From Eledone cirrhosa (taxonomy: Eukaryota), in the NCBI GenBank assembly GCA_964016885.1, contig OZ024740.1:211234001-211298000 (forward strand): 64,000 nt of DNA, written 5' to 3'. The notes beneath the pieces are model-generated. The model was given only the letters and a program-made list of their open reading frames with translations, did not search any database and was not told where the DNA came from. The position numbers were made by a program, and so were the translations under genes. This document shows positions 13,201 through 28,300 of this stretch, piece after piece (within the stretch, counting starts at the first letter, position 1; every line of letters starts with the position of its first letter).

Positions 13201-15934
13201 CATAAAATGATAGTAGAAGGGAGTGTTGATAGAAGTTTACAATGAAAGTCTCCCATAAAATGATAGTAGAAGGTAGGAATGATAGAAGTTTACAATGAAA
13301 GTCCCCCATAAGATGATAGTAGAACGTAGCCATGATAGAAGTTTACAATGAAAGTCTCCCATAAAATGATAGTAGAAGGTAGGAATGATAGAAGTTTACA
13401 ATTAAAGACTCCCATAAAATGATAGTAGAAGGTAGCCATGATAGAACTTTACAATGAAAGTCTCTCATGAGTTGATAGTAAAAGGTAGCCATGATAGAAG
13501 TTTACAATTAAAGACTCCAATAGAATGATAGTAGAAGGTAGCCATGATAGAACTTTACAATGAAAGTCTCTCATGAGTTGATAGTAAAAGGTAGCCATGA
13601 TAGAAGTTTACAATGAAAGTCTCCCATAAAATGATAGTAGAAGGTAGCCATGATAGAAGTTTACAATGAAAGTCCCCCATAAGTTGATGGTAGAAGGTAG
13701 CCATGATAGAAGTTTACAATGAAAGTCTCCCATGAAATGATAGTAGAAGGTAGCCATGATAGAAGTTTACAATGAAAGTCTCCCATAAGTTGATAGTAGA
13801 AGGTAGCCATGATAGAAGTTTACAATGAAAGTCTCCCATAAAATGATAGTAGAAGGTAGCCATGATAGAAGTTTACAATGAAAGTCTCCCATAAATTGAT
13901 AGTAGAAGGTAGCCATGATAGAAGTTTACAATGAAAGTCTCCCATAAAATGATAGTAGAAGGTAGCCATGATAGAAGTTTACAATGAAAGTCTCCCATAA
14001 GTTGATAGTAGAAAGCAGCCATGATAGAAGTTTACAATGAATGTCTCCCATAAAATAATAGTAGAAGGTAGCCATGATAGAAGTTTACAATGAATGTCTC
14101 CCATAAAATGATAGTAGAAGGTAGCCATGATAGAAGTTTACAATGAAAGTCTCCCATAAGCTGATAGTAGAACGTAGCCATGATAGAAGTTTACAATGAA
14201 AGTCTCCCATAAGTTGATAGTAGAAGGGAGCCATGATACAAGTTTACAATGAATGTCTCCCATAAAATGATAGTAGAAGGTAGCCATGATAGAAGTTTAC
14301 AATGAAAGTCTCCCATTAAATGATAGTAGAAGGTAGCCATGATAGAAGTTTACAATGAAAGTCTCCCATAAGCTGATAGTAGAACGTAGCCATGATAGAA
14401 GTTTACAATGAAAGTCTCCCATAAGTTGATAGTAGAAAGCAGCCATGATAGAAGTTTACAATGAATGTCTCCCATAAAATAATAGTAGAAGGTAGCCATG
14501 ATAGAAGTTTACAATGAATGTCTCCCATAAAATGATAGTAGAAGGTAGCCATGATAGAAGTTTACAATGAAAGTCTCCCATAAGTTGATAGTAGAAGGGA
14601 GCCATGATACAAGTTTACAATGAATGTCTCCCATAAAATGATAGTAGAAGGTAGCCATGATAGAAGTTTACAATGAAAGTCTCCCATTAAATGATAGTAG
14701 AAGGTAGCCATGATAGAAGTTTACAATGAAAGTCTCCCATAAGCTGATAGTAGAACGTAGCCATGATAGAAGTTTACAATGAAAGTCTCCTAAAGTTGAT
14801 AGTAGAAGGTAGCCATGATAGAAATTTACAATTAAAGACTCCCATAAAATGATAGTAGAAGGTAGCCATGATAGAAGTTTACAATGAAAGTCTCCCGTCA
14901 GTTGATAGTAGAAGGTAGCCATGATAGAAGTTTACAATTAAAAACTCCAATAAAATGATAGTAGAAGGTAGCCATGATAGAAGTTTACAATGAATTTCTC
15001 CCATAAAATGATAGTAGAAGGTAGCCATGAGAGAAGTTTACAATGAAAGTCTCCCATAAAATGATAGTAGAAGGTAGCCATGATAGAAGTTTACAATGAA
15101 AGTCCCCCATAAGATGATAGTAGAAGGTAGCCATGAGAGAAGTTTACAATGAAAGTCTCCCATAAGCTTATAGTAGAACGTAGCCATGATAGAAGTTTAC
15201 AATGAATGTCTCCCATAAGTTGATAGTAGAAGGTAGCCATGATAGAAGTTTACAGTTAAAGACTCCCATAAAATGATAGTAGAAGGTAGCCATGATAGAA
15301 GTTTACAATGAAAGACCTAAAAAAGTTGATGGTAGAAGGTAGCCATGATAGAAGTTTACAATGAAAGTCTCCCATGAAACGATAGTAGAAGGTAGCCATG
15401 ATAGAAGTTTACAATGAAAGTCTCCCATAAGTTGAGAGTAGAAGGTAGCCATGATAGAAGTTTACAATGAAAGTCTCCCATAAAATGATAGTAGAAGGTA
15501 GCCATGATAGAAGTTTACAATGAAAGTCTCCCATAAATTGATAGTAGAAGGTAGCCATGATAGCAGTTTTCAATGAAAGTCTCCCATAAAATGATAGTAG
15601 AAGGTAGCCCTGGTAGAAGTTTACAATGAAAGCCTCCTGTAAGTTGATAGTAGAAGGTAGCCATGATAGAAGTTTACAATGAAAGTCTCCCATAAGTTAA
15701 TAGTAGAAGGTAGCCATGATAGGAGTTTACAATGAAAGTCTCCCATAAGTTGATAGTAGAAGGTAGCCATGATAGAAGTTTACAATGAAAGTCTCTCATA
15801 AGTTGATAGTAGATGGTAGTCATGATACAAGTTTACAATGAAAGTCTCTCATGAGTTGATAGTAAAAGGTAGCCATGATAGAAGTTTACAATGAAAGTCT
15901 CCCATAAAATGATAGTAGAAGGTAGCCATGATAG

Positions 15935-18900
15935 AAGTTTACAATGAAAGTCTCCCATAAAATGATAGTAGAAGGTAGCCATGATAGAAGTTTACAATGA
16001 AAGTCCCCCATAAGTTGATGGTAGAAGGTAGTCATGATAGAAGTTTACAATGAAAGTCTCCCATGAAATGATAGTAGAAGGTAGCCATGATAGAAGTTTA
16101 CAATGAAAGTCTCCCATAAGTTGATAGTAGAAGGTAGCCATGATAGAAGTTTACAATGAAAGTCTCCCATAAAATGATAGTAGAAGGTAGCCATGATAGA
16201 AGTTTACAATGAAAGTCTCCCATAAATTGATAGTAGAAGCTAGCCATGATAGAAGTTTACAATGAAAGTCTCCCATAAAATGATAGTAGAAGGTAGCCAT
16301 GATAGAAGTTTACAATGAAAGTCTCCCATAAGTTAATAGTAGAAGGTAGCCATGATAGAAGTTTAAAATGAAAGTCTCCCATAAGTTGATAGTAGAAAGC
16401 AGCCATGATAGAAGTTTACAATGAATGTCTCCCATAAAATAATAGTAGAAGGTAGCCATGATAGAAGTTTACAATGAAAGTCTCCCATAAGTTGATAGTA
16501 GAAGGTAGCCATGATAGAAATTTACAATGAATGTCTCCCATAAAATGATAGTAGAAGGTAGCCATGATAGAAGTTTACAATGAAAGTCTCCCATAAGTTG
16601 ATAGTAGAAGGTAGCCATGATAGAAGTTTACAATGAATGTCTCCCATAAAATGATAGTAGAAGGTAGCCATGATAGAAGTTTACAATGAAAGTCTCCCAT
16701 AAAATGATAGTAGAAGGTAGCCATGATAGAAGTTTACAATGAAAGTCTCCCATAAGTTGATAGTAGAAGGTAGCCATGATAGAAGTTTACAATGAATGTC
16801 TCCCATGAAATGATAGTAGAAGGTAGCCATGATAGAAGTTTACAATGAATGTCTCCCATAAAATGATAGTAGAAGGTAGCCATGATAGAAGTTTACAATG
16901 AAAGTCTCCCATAAGTTGATAGTAGAAGGTAGCCATGATACAAGTTTACAATGAATGTCTCCCATAAAATGATAGTAGAAGGTAGCCATGATAGAAGTTT
17001 ACAATGAAAGTCTCCCATAAGTTGATAGTAGAAAGCAGCCATGATAGAAGTTTACAATGAATGTCTCCCATAAAATGATAGTAGAAGGTAGCCATGATAT
17101 AAGTTTACAATGAAAGTCTCCCATTAAATGATAGTAGAAGGTAGCCATGATAGAAGTTTACAATGAAAGTCTCCCATAAGCTGATAGTAGAACGTAGCCA
17201 TGATAGAAGTTTACAATGAAAGTCTCCTAAAGTTGATAGTAGAAGGTAGCCATGATAGAAATTTACAATTAAAGACTCCCATAAAATGATAGTAGAAGGT
17301 AGCCATGAGAGAAGTTTACAATGAAAGTCTCCCATAAAATGATAGTAGAAGGTAGCCATGATAGAAGTTTACAATGAAAGTCCCCCATAAGATGATAGTA
17401 GAAGGTAGCCATGAGAAAAGTTTACAATGAAAGTCTCCCATAAGCTGATAGTAGAACGTAGCCATGATAGAAGTTTACGTTGAATGTCTCCCATAAGTTG
17501 ATAGTAGAACGTAGCCATGATAGAAGTTTACAATTAAAGACTCCCATAAAATGATAGTAGAAGGTAGCCATGATAGAACTTTACAATGAAAGTCTCTCAT
17601 GAGTTTATAGTAAAAGGTAGCCATGATAGAAGTTTACAATGAAAGTCTGCCATAAAATGATAGTAGAAGGTAGCCATGATAGAAGTTTACAATGAAAGAC
17701 CTAAGAAAGTTGATGGTAGAAGGTAGCCATGATAGAAGTTTACAATGAAAGTCTCCCATGAAACGATAGTAGAAGGTAGCCATGATAGAGGTTTACAATG
17801 AAAGTCTCCCATAAGTTGAGAGTAGAAGGTAGCCATGATAGAACTTTACAATGAAAGTCTCTCATGAGTTGATAGTAAAAGGTAGCCATGACAGAAGTTT
17901 ACAATCAAAGTCTCCCATAAAATGATAGTAGAAGGTAGCCATGATAGAAGTTTACAATGAAAGTCCCCCATAAGTTGATGGTAGAAGGTAGCCATGATAG
18001 AAGTTTACAATGAAAGGCTCCCATGAAATGATAGTAGAAGGTAGCCATGATAGAAGTTTACAATGAAAGTCTCCCATAAGTTGATAGTAGAAGGTAGCCA
18101 TGATAGAAGTTTACAATGAAAGTCTCCCATAAAATGATAGTAGAATGTAGCCATGATAGAAGTTTACAATGAAAGTCTCCCATAAATTGATAGTAGAAGG
18201 TAGCCATGATAGAAGTTTACAATGAAAGTCTCCCATAAGATGATAGTAGAAGGTAGCCATGATAGAAGTTTACAATGAAAGTCTCCCATAAGTTAATAGT
18301 AGAAGGTAGCCATGATAGAAGTTTAAAATGAAAGTCTCCCATAAGTTGATAGTAGAAAGCAGCCATGATAGAAGTTTACAATGAATGTCTCCCATAAAAT
18401 AATAGTAGAAGGTAGCCATGATAGAAGTTTACAATGAAAGTCTCCCATAAGTTGATAGTAGAAGGTAGCCATGATAGAAGTTTACAATGAATGTCTCCCA
18501 TAAAATGATAGTAGAAGGTAGCCATGATAGAAGTTTACAATGAAAGTCTCCCATAAGTTGATAGTAGAAGGTAGCCATGATAGAAGTTTACAATGAATGT
18601 CTCCCATAAAATGATAGTAGAAGGTAGCCATGATAGAAGTTTACAATGAAAGTCTCCCATTAAATGATAGTAGAAGGTAGCCATGATAGAAGTTTACAAT
18701 GAAAGTCTCCCATAAGCTGATAGTAGAACGTAGCCATGATAGAAGTTTACAATGAAAGTCTCCTAAAGTTGATAGTAGAAGGTAGCCATGATAGAAATTT
18801 ACAATTAAAGACTCCCATAAAATGATAGTAGAAGGTAGCCATGATAGAAGTTTACAATGAAAGTGTCCCGTCAGTTGATAGTAGAAGGTAGCCATGATAG

Positions 18901-21900
18901 AAGTTTACAATTAAAGACTCCAATAAAATGATAGTAGAAGGTAGCCATGATAGAAGTTTACAATGAATTTCTCCCATAAAATGATAGTAGAAGGTAGCCA
19001 TGAGAGAAGTTTACAATGAAAGTCTCCCATAAAATGTTAGTAGAAGGTAGCCATGATATAAGTTTACAATGAAAGTCTCCCATAAAATGATAGTAGAAGG
19101 TAGCCATGATAGAAGTTTACAATGAAAGTCCCCCATAAGTTGATGGTAGAAGGTAGTCATGATAGAAGTTTACAATGAAAGTCTCCCATGAAATGATAGT
19201 AGAAGGTAGCCATGATAGAAGTTTACAATGAAAGTCTCCCATAAGTTGATAGTAGAAGGTAGCCATGATAGAAGTTTACAATGAAAGTCTCCCATAAAAT
19301 GATAGTAGAAGGTAGCCATGATAGAAGTTTACAATGAAAGTCTCCCATAAATTGATAGTAGAAGCTAGCCATGATAGAAGTTTACAATGAAAGTCTCCCA
19401 TAAAATGATAGTAGAAGGTAGCCATGATAGAAGTTTACAATGAAAGTCTCCCATAAGTTAATAGTAGAAGGTAGCCATGATAGAAGTTTAAAATGAAAGT
19501 CTCCCATAAGTTGATAGTAGAAAGCAGCCATGATAGAAGTTTACAATGAATGTCTCCCATAAAATAATAGTAGAAGGTAGCCATGATAGAAGTTTACAAT
19601 GAAAGTCTCCCATAAGTTGATAGTAGAAGGTAGCCATGATAGAAATTTACAATGAATGTCTCCCATAAAATGATAGTAGAAGGTAGCCATGATAGAAGTT
19701 TACAATGAAAGTCTCCCATAAGTTGATAGTAGAAGGTAGCCATGATAGAAGTTTACAATGAATGTCTCCCATAAAATGATAGTAGAAGGTAGCCATGATA
19801 GAAGTTTACAATGAAAGTCTCCCATAAAATGATAGTAGAAGGTAGCCATAATAGAAGTTTACAATGAAAGTCTCCCATAAGTTGATAGTAGAAGGTAGCC
19901 ATGATAGAAGTTTACAATGAATGTCTCCCATGAAATGATAGTAGAAGGTAGCCATGATAGAAGTTTACAATGAATGTCTCCCATAAAATGATAGTAGAAG
20001 GTAGCCATGATAGAAGTTTACAATGAAAGTCTCCCATAAGTTGATAGTAGAAGGTAGCCATGATACAGGTTTACAATGAATGTCTCCCATAAAATGATAG
20101 TAGAAGGTAGCCATGATAGAAGTTTACAATGAAAGTCTCCCATAAGTTGATAGTAGAAAGCAGCCATGATAGAAGTTTACAATGAATGTCTCCCATAAAA
20201 TGATAGTAGAAGGTAGCCATGATATAAGTTTACAATGAAAGTCTCCCATTAAATGATAGTAGAAGGTAGCAATGATAGAAGTTTACAATGAAAGTCTCCC
20301 ATAAGCTGATAGTAGAACGTAGCCATGATAGAAGTTTACAATGAAAGTCTCCTAAAGTTGATAGTAGAAGGTAGCCATGATAGAAATTTACAATTAAAGA
20401 CTCCCATAAAATGATAGTAGAAGGTAGCCATGAGAGAAGTTTACAATGAAAGTCTCCCATAAAATGATAGTAGAAGGTAGCCATGATAGAAGTTTACAAT
20501 GAAAGTCCCCCATAAGATGATAGTAGAAGGTAGCCATGAGAAAAGTTTACAATGAAAGTCTCCCATAAGCTGATAGTAGAACGTAGCCATGATAGAAGTT
20601 TACGTTGAATGTCTCCCATAAGTTGATAGTAGAACGTAGCCATGATAGAAGTTTACAATTAAAGACTCCCATAAAATGATAGTAGAAGGTAGCCATGATA
20701 GAACTTTACAATGAAAGTCTCTCATGAGTTTATAGTAAAAGGTAGCCATGATAGAAGTTTACAATGAAAGTCTGCCATAAAATGATAGTAGAAGGTAGCC
20801 ATGATAGAAGTTTACAATGAAAGACCTAAGAAAGTTGATGGTAGAAGGTAGCCATGATAGAAGTTTACAATGAAAGTCTCCCATGAAACGATAGTAGAAG
20901 GTAGCCATGATAGAGGTTTACAATGAAAGTCTCCCATAAGTTGAGAGTAGAAGGTAGCCATGATAGAACTTTACAATGAAAGTCTCTCATGAGTTGATAG
21001 TAAAAGGTAGCCATGACAGAAGTTTACAATCAAAGTCTCCCATAAAATGATAGTAGAAGGTAGCCATGATAGAAGTTTACAATGAAAGTCCCCCATAAGT
21101 TGATGGTAGAAGGTAGCCATGATAGAAGTTTACAATGAAAGGCTCCCATGAAATGATAGTAGAAGGTAGCCATGATAGAAGTTTACAATGAAAGTCTCCC
21201 ATAAGTTGATAGTAGAAGGTAGCCATGATAGAAGTTTACAATGAAAGTCTCCCATAAAATGATAGTAGAATGTAGCCATGATAGAAGTTTACAATGAAAG
21301 TCTCCCATAAATTGATAGTAGAAGGTAGCCATGATAGAAGTTTACAATGAAAGTCTCCCATAAGATGATAGTAGAAGGTAGCCATGATAGAAGTTTACAA
21401 TGAAAGTCTCCCATAAGTTAATAGTAGAAGGTAGCCATGATAGAAGTTTAAAATGAAAGTCTCCCATAAGTTGATAGTAGAAAGCAGCCATGATAGAAGT
21501 TTACAATGAATGTCTCCCATAAAATAATAGTAGAAGGTAGCCATGATAGAAGTTTACAATGAAAGTCTCCCATAAGTTGATAGTAGAAGGTAGCCATGAT
21601 AGAAGTTTACAATGAATGTCTCCCATAAAATGATAGTAGAAGGTAGCCATGATAGAAGTTTACAATGAAAGTCTCCCATAAGTTGATAGTAGAAGGTAGC
21701 CATGATAGAAGTTTACAATGAATGTCTCCCATAAAATGATAGTAGAAGGTAGCCATGATAGAAGTTTACAATGAAAGTCTCCCATTAAATGATAGTAGAA
21801 GGTAGCCATGATAGAAGTTTACAATGAAAGTCTCCCATAAGCTGATAGTAGAACGTAGCCATGATAGAAGTTTACAATGAAAGTCTCCTAAAGTTGATAG

Positions 21901-22180
21901 TAGAAGGTAGCCATGATAGAAATTTACAATTAAAGACTCCCATAAAATGATAGTAGAAGGTAGCCATGATAGAAGTTTACAATGAAAGTCTCCCGTCAGT
22001 TGATAGTAGAAGGTAGCCATGATAGAAGTTTACAATTAAAGACTCCAATAAAATGATAGTAGAAGGTAGCCATGATAGAAGTTTACAATGAATTTCTCCC
22101 ATAAAATGATAGTAGAAGGTAGCCATGAGAGAAGTTTACAATGAAAGTCTCCCATAAAATGTTAGTAGAAGGTAGCCATG
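15935..22180 (+). repeat. Higher-order duplication, period 3,125 bp (59 monomers minus 2 bp), 2 copies
   Basis: ORF pairs 17105/20230 and 18641/21766 are offset by 3125. Markers AGAAGCTAGCC, TTTACGTTGAATG, GACCTAAGAAAG and AAAATGTTAG each recur at that offset. Two TCTCCTAAAG 1-bp-deletion monomers per unit explain 59x53-2. Confidence 0.92.
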
Positions 22181-22399
22181 ATAGAAGTTTACAATGAAAG
22201 TCCCCCATAAGATGATAGTAGAAGGTAGCCATGAGAGAAGTTTACAATGAAAGTCTCCCATAAGCTGATAGTAGAACGTAGCCATGATAGAAGTTTACGA
22301 TGAATGTCTCCCATAAGTTGATAGTAGAAGGTAGCCATGATAGAAGTTTACAATTAAAGACTCCCATAAAATGATAGTAGAAGGTAGCCATGATAGAAC

Positions 22400-25300
22400 T
22401 TTACAATGAAAGTCTCTCATGAGTTGATAGTAAAAGGTAGCCATGATAGAAGTTTACAATGAAAGTCTCCCATAAAATGATAGTAGAAGGTAGCCATGAT
22501 AGAAGTTTACAATGAAAGTCCTAAAAAAGTTGATGGTAGAAGGTAGCCATGATAGAAGTTTACAATGAAAGTCTCCCATGAAACGATAGTAGAAGGTAGC
22601 CATGATAGAAGTTTACAATGAAAGTCTCCCATAAGTTGAGAGTAGAAGGTAGCCATGATAGAAGTTTACAATGAAAGTCTCCCATAAAATGATAGTAGAA
22701 GGTAGCCATGATAGAAGTTTACAATGAAAGTCTCCCATAAATTGATAGTAGAAGGTAGCCATGATAGAAGTTTACAATGAAAGCCTCCTGTAAGTTGATA
22801 GTAGAAGGTAGCCATGATAGAAGTTTACAATGAAAGTCTCCCATAAGTTAATAGTAGAAGGTAGCCATGATAGGAGTTTACAATGAAAGTCTCCCATAAG
22901 TTGATAGTAGAAGGTAGCCATGATAGAAGTTTACAATGAAAGTCTCTCATAAGTTGATAGTAGATGGTAGTCATGATACAAGTTTACAATGAAAGTGTCC
23001 CAAAAAATGATAGTAGAAGGTAGCCATGATAGAAGTTTACAAAGAAAGTCTCCCATAAGTTGATAGTAGAAGGTAGTCATGATAGAAGTTTACAATGAAA
23101 ATCTCCCATGAATTGATAGTAGAAGGTAGCCATGATAGAAGTTTACAATGAAAGTCTCCCATAAAATGATAGTAGAAGGTAGCCATGAAAGAAGTTTACA
23201 ATGAAAGTCTCCCATAAGTTGATAGTAGAAGGTAGCCATGATAGAAGTTTACAATTAAAGTCTCTCATGAAATAATAGTAGAAGGTAGCCATGATAGAAG
23301 TTTACAATGAAAGTCTCTCATAAGTTGATAGTAGATGGTAGCCATGAGAGAAGTTTACAATGAAAGTCTCTCATAAGTTGATAGTAGATGGTAGCCATGA
23401 TAGAAGTTTACAATGAAAGTCTCCCATAAAATGATAGTAGAAGGTAGCCATGATAGAAGTTTACAATGAAAGTCTCTCATAAGTTGATAGTAGATGGTAG
23501 CCATGATAGAAGTTTACAATGAAAGTCTCTCATAAGTTGATAGTAGATGGTAGCCATGATAGAAGTTTACAATGAAAGTCTCTCATAAGTTGATAGTAGA
23601 TGGTAGCCATGATAGATATTTACAATGAAATTCTCCCATAAGTTGATAGTAGAAGGTAGCCATGATAGAAGTTTACAATGAAAGTCTCCCATGAAATGAT
23701 AGTAGAAGGTAGCCATGATAGAAGTTTACGATGAAAGTCGCCCATAAGTTGATAGTAGAAGGTAGCCATGATAGAGGTTTACAATGAAAGTCTCCCATAA
23801 ATTGATAGTAGAAGGTAGCCATGATAGAAGTTTACAATGAAAGTCTCCCATTAAATGATAGTAGAAGGTAGCCATGATAGAAGTTTACGATGAAAGTCTC
23901 CCATAAAATGATAGTAGAAGGTAGCCATAATAGAAGTTTACAATGAAAGTCTCCCATAAAATGATAGTAGAAGGTAGCCATGATAGAAGTTTACAATGAA
24001 AGTCTCTCATGAGTTGATACTAAAAGGTAGCCATGATAGAAGTTTACAATGAAAGTCTCCCATAAAATGATAGTAGAAGGTAGCCATGATAGAAGTTTAC
24101 AATGAAAGTCCTAAAAAAGTTGATGGTAGAAGGTAGCCATGATAGAAGTTTACAATGAAAGTCTCCCATGAAACGATAGTAGAAGGTAGCCATGATAGAA
24201 GTTTACAATGAAAGTCTCCCATAAGTTGAGAGTAGAAGGTAGCCATGATAGAAGTTTACAATGAAAGTCTCCCATAAAATGATAGTAGAAGGTAGCCATG
24301 ATAGAAGTTTACAATGAAAGTCTCCCATAAATTGATAGTAGAAGGTAGCCATGATAGAAGTTTACAATGAAAGCCTCCTGTAAGTTGATAGTAGAAGGTA
24401 GCCATGATAGAAGTTTACAATGAAAGTCTCCCATAAGTTAATAGTAGAAGGTAGCCATGATAGGAGTTTACAATGAAAGTCTCCCATAAGTTGATAGTAG
24501 AAGGTAGCCATGATAGAAGTTTACAATGAAAGTCTCTCATAAGTTGATAGTAGATGGTAGTCATGATACAAGTTTACAATGAAAGTGTCCCAAAAAATGA
24601 TAGTAGAAGGTAGCCATGATAGAAGTTTACAAAGAAAGTCTCCCATAAGTTGATAGTAGAAGGTAGTCATGATAGAAGTTTACAATGAAAATCTCCCATG
24701 AATTGATAGTAGAAGGTAGCCATGATAGAAGTTTACAATGAAAGTCTCCCATAAAATGATAGTAGAAGGTAGCCATGAAAGAAGTTTACAATGAAAGTCT
24801 CCCATAAGTTGATAGTAGAAGGTAGCCATGATAGAAGTTTACAATTAAAGTCTCTCATGAAATAATAGTAGAAGGTAGCCATGATAGAAGTTTACAATGA
24901 AAGTCTCTCATAAGTTGATAGTAGATGGTAGCCATGAGAGAAGTTTACAATGAAAGTCTCTCATAAGTTGATAGTAGATGGTAGCCATGATAGAAGTTTA
25001 CAATGAAAGTCTCCCATAAAATGATAGTAGAAGGTAGCCATGATAGAAGTTTACAATGAAAGTCTCTCATAAGTTGATAGTAGATGGTAGCCATGATAGA
25101 AGTTTACAATGAAAGTCTCTCATAAGTTGATAGTAGATGGTAGCCATGATAGAAGTTTACAATGAAAGTCTCTCATAAGTTGATAGTAGATGGTAGCCAT
25201 GATAGATATTTACAATGAAATTCTCCCATAAGTTGATAGTAGAAGGTAGCCATGATAGAAGTTTACAATGAAAGTCTCCCATGAAATGATAGTAGAAGGT

Positions 25301-28300
25301 AGCCATGATAGAAGTTTACGATGAAAGTCGCCCATAAGTTGATAGTAGAAGGTAGCCATGATAGAGGTTTACAATGAAAGTCTCCCATAAAATGATAGTA
25401 GAAGGTAGCCATAATAGAAGTTTACAATGAAAGTCTCCCATAAAATGATAGTAGAAGGTAGCCATGATAGAAGTTTACAATGAAAGTCTCCCATAAATTG
25501 ATAGTAGAAGGTAGCCAAGACAGAAGTTTACAATGAAAGTCTCCCATAAGTTGATAGTAGAAAGCAGCCATGATAGAAGTTTACAATGAATGTCTCCCAT
25601 AAAATGATAGTAGAAGGTAGCCATGATAGAAGTTTACAATGAAAGTCTCCCATAAGTTGATAGTAGAAAGCAGCCATGATAGAAGTTTACAATGAATGTC
25701 TCCCATAAAATGATAGTAGAAGGTAGTCATGATAGAAGTTTACAATGAAAGTCTCCCATAAGTTGATAGTGGAAGGTAGCCATGATAGAAGTTTACGATG
25801 AAAGTCTCCCATAAGTTAATAGCAGATGGTAGCCATGATACAAGTTTACGATGAATGTCTCCCATAAAATAATAGTAGAAGGTAGCCATGATAGAAGTTT
25901 AAAATGAAAGTCTGCCATAAGTTGATAGTAGAAAGCAGCCGTGATACAAGTTTACAATGAAAGTCTCCCATAAAATGATAGTAGAAGGTAGCCATGATAG
26001 AAGTTTACAATGAAAGTCTCCCATGAAATGATAGTAGAAGGTAGCCATGATAGAAGTTTACGATGAAAGTCGCCCATAAGTTGATAGTAGAAGGTAGCCA
26101 TGATAGAGGTTTACAATGAAAGTCTCCCATAAATTGATAGTAGAAGGTAGCCATGATAGAAGTTTACAATGAAAGACTCCCATTAAATGATAGTAGAAGG
26201 TAGCCATGATAGAAGTTTACGATGAAAGTCTCCCATAAAATGATAGTAGAAGGTAGCCATAATAGAAGTTTACAATGAAAGTCTCCCATAAAATGATAGT
26301 AGAAGGTAGCCATGATAGAAGTTTACAATGAAAGTCTCTCATGAGTTGATAGTAAAAGGTAGCCATGATAGAAGTTTACAATGAAAGTCTCCCATAAAAT
26401 GATAGTAGAAGGTAGCCATGATAGAAGTTTACAATGAAAGTCCTAAAAAAGTTGATGTTAGAAGGTAGCCATGATAGAAGTTTACAATGAAAGTCTCCCA
26501 TGAAACGATAGTAGAAGGTAGCCATGATAGAAGTTTACAATGAAAGTCTCCCATAAGTTGAGAGTAGAAGGTAGCCATGATAGAAGTTTACAATGAAAGT
26601 CTCCCATAAAATGATAGTAGAAGGTAGCCATGATAGAAGTTTACAATGAAAGTCTCCCATAAATTGATAGTAGAAGGTAGCCATGATAGAAGTTTACAAT
26701 GAAAGCCTCCTGTAAGTTGATAGTAGAAGGTAGCCATGATAGAAGTTTACAATGAAAGTCTCCCATAAGTTAATAGTAGAAGGTAGCCATGATAGGAGTT
26801 TACAATGAAAGTCTCCCATAAGTTGATAGTAGAAGGTAGCCATGATAGAAGTTTACAATGAAAGTCTCTCATAAGTTGATAGTAGATGGTAGTCATGATA
26901 CAAGTTTACAATGAAAGTGTCCCAAAAAATGATAGTAGAAGGTAGCCATGATAGAAGTTTACAAAGAAAGACTCCCATAAGTTGATAGTAGAAGGTAGTC
27001 ATGATAGAAGTTTACAATGAAAATCTCCCATGAATTGATAGTAGAAGGTAGCCATGATAGAAGTTTACAATGAAAGTCTCCCATAAAATGATAGTAGAAG
27101 GTAGCCATGAAAGAAGTTTACAATGAAAGTCTCCCATAAGTTGATAGTAGAAGGTAGCCATGATAGAAGTTTACAATTAAAGTCTCTCATGAAATAATAG
27201 TAGAAGGTAGCCATGATAGAAGTTTACAATGAAAGTCTCTCATAAGTTGATAGTAGATGGTAGCCATGAGAGAAGTTTACAATGAAAGTCTCTCATAAGT
27301 TGATAGTAGATGGTAGCCATGATAGAAGTTTACAATGAAAGTCTCCCATAAAATGATAGTAGAAGGTAGCCATGATAGAAGTTTACAATGAAAGTCTCTC
27401 ATAAGTTGATAGTAGATGGTAGCCATGATAGAAGTTTACAATGAAAGTCTCTCATAAGTTGATAGTAGATGGTAGCCATGATAGAAGTTTACAATGAAAG
27501 TCTCTCATAAGTTGATAGTAGATGGTAGCCATGATAGATATTTACAATGAAATTCTCCCATAAGTTGATAGTAGAAGGTAGCCATGATAGAAGTTTACAA
27601 TGAAAGTCTCCCATGAAATGATAGTAGAAGGTAGCCATGATAGAAGTTTACGATGAAAGTCGCCCATAAGTTGATAGTAGAAGGTAGCCATGATAGAGGT
27701 TTACAATGAAAGTCTCCCATAAATTGATAGTAGAAGGTAGCCATGATAGAAGTTTACAATGAAAGTCTCCCATTAAATGATAGTAGAAGGTAGCCATGAT
27801 AGAAGTTTACGATGAAAGTCTCCCATAAAATGATAGTAGAAGGTAGCCATAATAGAAGTTTACAATGAAAGTCTCTCATAAAATGATAGTAGAAGGTAGC
27901 CATGATAGAAGTTTACAATGAAAGTCTCTCATGAGTTGATAGTAAAAGGTAGCCATGATAGAAGTTTACAATGAAAGTCTCCCATAAAATGATAGTAGAA
28001 GGTAGCCATGATAGAAGTTTACAATGAAAGTCCTAAAAAAGTTGATGGTAGAAGGTAGCCATGATAGAAGTTTACAATGAAAGTCTCCCATGAAACGATA
28101 GTAGAAGGTAGCCATGATAGAAGTTTACAATGAAAGTCTCCCATAAGTTGAGAGTAGAAGGTAGCCATGATAGAAGTTTACAATGAAAGTCTCCCATAAA
28201 ATGATAGTAGAAGGTAGCCATGATAGAAGTTTACAATGAAAGTCTCCCATAAATTGATAGTAGAAGGTAGCCATGATAGAAGTTTACAATGAAAGCCTCC

